Source: Gammaproteobacteria bacterium
Lineage (GTDB): Bacteria > Pseudomonadota > Gammaproteobacteria > JBCCGL01
NCBI GenBank assembly: GCA_965277715.1
Contig: OZ255836.1
Location: forward strand, 768,001-832,000
Direction: 5' to 3'
DNA: 64,000 bases
The translations under genes and the position numbers were made by a program. Shown piece by piece: positions 60,762-64,000 of the stretch (within the stretch, counting starts at the first letter, position 1; each line of letters begins with the position of its first letter). The notes under the pieces are model-generated. The model saw nothing but the letters and a program-made list of their open reading frames with translations, was not told where the DNA came from and made no database searches.

Positions 60762-61613
60762 CTATTCCGGCATTTCCCCAAACACCGGCAAACCGTCGGT
60801 GATAGCGTGCCACTTCGCCTTATAGTCAACATAAATATGGTCGATGGGCCTGGCCTCGGGGTCATCGTCCAAACTGCCAAACGGTATCACCGCAATCTGC
60901 CTGTCAGGGTCGAGGCGCGGCATCTTCGACCCGCAGGTTTTGCAAAACACCTGTGAGAAATACTGGGCATCCGGCACCTTGTAGCAGGCCAGATTATCCT
61001 CCCCCGCGACAAATTTAACATCCCCCATCGAAGTAAACCCGTTCGTCGCGTGCGCCGCCGCCCGGGCTTTTCGGCATCGCTGGCAATGGCAATTGTGCAC
61101 CGCTTTAAACGGCGCACTGATATGGTACTTCACCGTTCCACACATACAACTGCCGCGCACAATACCCTCTGGCCTGGGTGCGAGCGGCGCTTCCTCCACG
61201 CGCTGAAACCCGGTGTAGTCCGGGTAGTCATCGTGCTGGGGCAAATCGCCAGTAATGTCATACCAGGGAGCGCTATGGGCGGCGAAGACATGGCAATCCG
61301 ACGGCTTGCCGTCATTGTGGCCGCCGCCGGGCACCAACATTTTTTTGCTCTGCTCGCTGGGGTAGGGCACCACTGAGCCGCAGCTTCCGCAGAAATTTCG
61401 GGCGAGCAAAGGCGATGAGCGATAACGCACAATAGTGTCAGTCTCACTCAGCCAGTGAAAGTGCTCGCGCTCGACAAACCAATACGTGCCAAATGCCGAA
61501 CCATGGGCCTTGCGGCATAGCTTGCAGTGGCAATTAAAGGCATAAAACGGCTCTGCGGTGATTTCCCAACGCACACTACCGCATAGACAGCTCGATTGAT
61601 TTTTCATTGACAT
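60762..61613 (-). CDS. Protein with two tandem GFA/CENP-V zinc domains
   Basis: Two copies of CxCGxV...CHCxxCRK...FCxxCGS. Confidence 0.88.
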   Translation of the reverse strand: MSMKNQSSCLCGSVRWEITAEPFYAFNCHCKLCRKAHGSAFGTYWFVEREHFHWLSETDTIVRYRSSPLLARNFCGSCGSVVPYPSEQSKKMLVPGGGHNDGKPSDCHVFAAHSAPWYDITGDLPQHDDYPDYTGFQRVEEAPLAPRPEGIVRGSCMCGTVKYHISAPFKAVHNCHCQRCRKARAAAHATNGFTSMGDVKFVAGEDNLACYKVPDAQYFSQVFCKTCGSKMPRLDPDRQIAVIPFGSLDDDPEARPIDHIYVDYKAKWHAITDGLPVFGEMPE

Positions 61614-61810
61614 GACCAATAGGGGAGGTGGCTTTATTCTAGCCCGAATATTTCGTAAAAATCACCTGTTTTGATTAATGCCCGATACCACAATCAACAC
61701 CCTCTTTAGGCATTTCCCGGTGAAACCCACTGCGCTGAAAAGCGAATAACACCTTGTCAGGATTAATAGATAACGGATAATACGCCGGGTTTTTTACGCG
61801 CAGGCTTTCA

Positions 61811-63511
61811 ATGAAAATACGCGGTGGCATATTGCTCGCACGCGCCTTGCAGGAAAAGGGCGTCACTCAGGTCTTCACCCTCAGCGGTGGCTTCTGCAAC
61901 CCAGCGTTGGAAGGCCTGATGCAATGCGGCATAGCGGTTATCAACGCGCCGCACGAACAGGTCGCCGGGCACCTGGCCGACGGCCATACGCGCATTACCC
62001 GCAAACCCGCCGTTTGCCTGGTCGGCCCGGAAGGGTTTGCCAATGCCGTCCCGGCCATGATGGAAGCCTGGGGTGAGCGCTCCCCGGTTATCTTTATTAC
62101 CGGGTCGAGCAGCTTAAAACGCCAGGGCAGTGGTGGTTTCAAAGAGATCGATGACGTGGCCATCGCCGCACCCCTAAGCAAATACAGCGCCTCGATAACC
62201 GATGGCGAACGCATCTCTGAATTTGTCGACCGCGCCTGGAAAATCGCCCTGAGCGGCTATCCGGGCGCGGTGCATTTAAGCGTGCCGGTAGACATTATGT
62301 TCAGCGCCTTTGAAGAGGACGCAATGCGCGACGAACGCCCGTTTCAACGCGGCGCAAAACCACCGCCACGCGCCTGGCCATGCCCGGATGACCTCAACCC
62401 CATCCTCGCATTGATCGACAAGGCCGAAAAACCCATACTTATCGGCGGTCACGGTGTCTGGTGGTCGCACGCCGAGGCAAAGCTTGAAGCGACTGGCCGG
62501 GCGCTTGGCATCCCGGTGTTTAACGTTCCCTACCACCAAAAACTCCTTGGCGAAGAGTGCGAGGCGTATATGGGCCTGGCGGATATACACCAATACGCCC
62601 CGTCCAAATTTGCACTACAGGCATCGGATGTGGTCATCATGCTCGGCACCCGGCTGGATAACCAAATGAATTTTGGCAACCCGCCGTTCCTCCCTGAATC
62701 GACCCAGGTTATCTGTGTGAATGGCTCGCACGAAGAGCTGGCGTTTAACCGGGCGGCAGACCACGTTTTATTGAGCGACCCCGGCGCCTTTTTGGATGCC
62801 CTGAAAACCATCCAGCCCCGCAATCGTCAGTGGTTTGAAAGCAACCGCCAGAAACGCGGCGAGTGGGTGGCGCAAACCCTGGCAGATATCCCCCACCTGG
62901 ATAACGACGGTATTCACCCACTGCACCTCGCGCTCGATGTGCAAACTGCTATGGCGGATAACGATTGGCTGGTGATCGACGGCGGCAACACCCATTTCTG
63001 GTCAGAGATCGCGGTCAATATCGCCGGTTGGCAGGGGCGTAAACTGGGCAACATTTTGCATCCGGGCACCTTTAGCATGTTGGGCGTTGGTGTGCCATTT
63101 GCCACAGCGGCAAAACTGAATAACCCCGGCAGCCACGTCGTGGTGATCAGCGGTGATGGCGCCTTTCTCTCGGGGGGTTCCAGTATTGAAGCCGCGTTTC
63201 AGGAGAAGCTCCCCATCGTCGTTGTTATCGACAACAACGGTGGCCTCGATTGTATCTCCCAACAGCAGGAGCGCCTGTTTAGCAATAGCCAGCACTTCGC
63301 CACCGATTTTCGTGATATTCCGTTTCACGCCATGTTTGAGGGGCTGGGGGGCTATGGTGAATTAGTCGAGAGACGCGAACAGATTATCCCGGCGGTACAG
63401 CGCGCCATTGCCAGCGGTAAAACTGCCTGCGTCAATGTGAAAACCGTCGGCCATATCAGCCCGATTGTGTTGGCCACCACCAGTAAACGGGATAAGGCGT
63501 CTATCGAATAA
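61811..63511 (+). CDS. ThDP-dependent enzyme (acetolactate synthase/2-hydroxyacyl-CoA lyase superfamily), function unknown
   Basis: HEQ activating Glu, PGAVHLSVPVD, GDG-X24-NN ThDP motif. Confidence 0.88.
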   Translation: MKIRGGILLARALQEKGVTQVFTLSGGFCNPALEGLMQCGIAVINAPHEQVAGHLADGHTRITRKPAVCLVGPEGFANAVPAMMEAWGERSPVIFITGSSSLKRQGSGGFKEIDDVAIAAPLSKYSASITDGERISEFVDRAWKIALSGYPGAVHLSVPVDIMFSAFEEDAMRDERPFQRGAKPPPRAWPCPDDLNPILALIDKAEKPILIGGHGVWWSHAEAKLEATGRALGIPVFNVPYHQKLLGEECEAYMGLADIHQYAPSKFALQASDVVIMLGTRLDNQMNFGNPPFLPESTQVICVNGSHEELAFNRAADHVLLSDPGAFLDALKTIQPRNRQWFESNRQKRGEWVAQTLADIPHLDNDGIHPLHLALDVQTAMADNDWLVIDGGNTHFWSEIAVNIAGWQGRKLGNILHPGTFSMLGVGVPFATAAKLNNPGSHVVVISGDGAFLSGGSSIEAAFQEKLPIVVVIDNNGGLDCISQQQERLFSNSQHFATDFRDIPFHAMFEGLGGYGELVERREQIIPAVQRAIASGKTACVNVKTVGHISPIVLATTSKRDKASIE

Positions 63512-63513
63512 CC

Positions 63514-63870
63514 ATGGCTACAGTTTCCTCACATATCCTCGATTCCATTATCGGTGCATCGGCAGCGGGCATTCGCGTCCAGCTTGTGCGCATCATCAGC
63601 GCCACTGAAAGGCAGCTATTATTTGATACCAACGCCGATCAGGAGGGGCGCATTGCCGAAACGGTTGTGATTGACCCAGCACTGGCCGATTCGGAATACG
63701 AACTCATCTTTCACAGTGCCGGTTATTTCGCTGGCCGGGCTATCCCCGCAGGTGAGCAGCAGATTATCAAAACCGTTGTGATCCGCTTTTCAATGCCAGA
63801 TGCCGGGCAGCGCTACCACATCCCACTAATGCTATCACCGCACGCGTATTCGGTGTGGTGGTCATCGTAA
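63514..63870 (+). CDS. Transthyretin-like protein (5-hydroxyisourate hydrolase family) with atypical C-terminus
   Basis: SSHILD, DQEGRI, YELIF...YF, YHIPLMLSP; ends WWSS rather than YRGS. Confidence 0.8.
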   Translation: MATVSSHILDSIIGASAAGIRVQLVRIISATERQLLFDTNADQEGRIAETVVIDPALADSEYELIFHSAGYFAGRAIPAGEQQIIKTVVIRFSMPDAGQRYHIPLMLSPHAYSVWWSS

Positions 63871-63899
63871 CAGCGGATCGAGCAAGCGTGTTACGCACC

Positions 63900-64000
63900 A
63901 TGCCTTCACCCCGATTAAATGTATCGCGCCGTATTCGTGCGACACCCTACACACCGCGTGTCGAAGCGCTGGGCGTCTCCGGTTACTCGGTGGTTAACCA
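63900..64000 (+). CDS. dmdA: DMSP demethylase-like (GcvT family) N-terminus, truncated by window; not in the ORF track
   Basis: ATG 63900 reads MPSPRLNVSRRIRATPYTPRVEALGVSGYSVVN(H), matching the recalled DmdA start SRRxRxTPF...VEAAGVxGYTVYNH. Confidence 0.7.
   Translation, partial: MPSPRLNVSRRIRATPYTPRVEALGVSGYSVVN

Overview
Chromosomal window from a GC-moderate, probably marine Gammaproteobacterium (inferred from gene order, the many TRAP systems and a dmdA-like start). Housekeeping blocks (pyrG-kdsA-eno-ftsB-ispD-ispF-nagZ; yoaA-tsaB; dapC-dapD-yffB; mltF, SRP RNA ffs, dnaX-ybaB-recR) alternate with a large accessory catabolic region (about 9-46 kb) and a second catabolic patch (59.6-64 kb). 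The accessory parts hold an enolase-superfamily enzyme with an acyl-CoA dehydrogenase pair, a Tat-exported Arg-less (amine-type) TRAP system, a malonate TRAP/MatB locus whose decarboxylase gene is internally deleted, a 12.5-kb LysR-ALDH-ABC-divergent SoxBDAG-Rieske cluster for an unknown N-substituted substrate, a 1831-aa repeat adhesin with a GlyGly-CTERM anchor, two VapBC-type toxin-antitoxin pairs, and a ThDP enzyme + atypical transthyretin-like protein + DmdA-like operon cut by the window end. A previously unannotated family of short palindromic elements (AGGGYGYCG...CGRCRCCCT, 4 copies) is scattered through the accessory region, and two copies bracket an AT-richer 9-kb block. The best candidates for an undescribed system are the Sox-like/Rieske cluster and the ThDP/transthyretin-like/DmdA cluster. 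All assignments come from reading motifs by eye; no database searches were run, and family motifs quoted for comparison are recalled from memory. No tRNA, rRNA, CRISPR array, integrase or intact transposase was seen.
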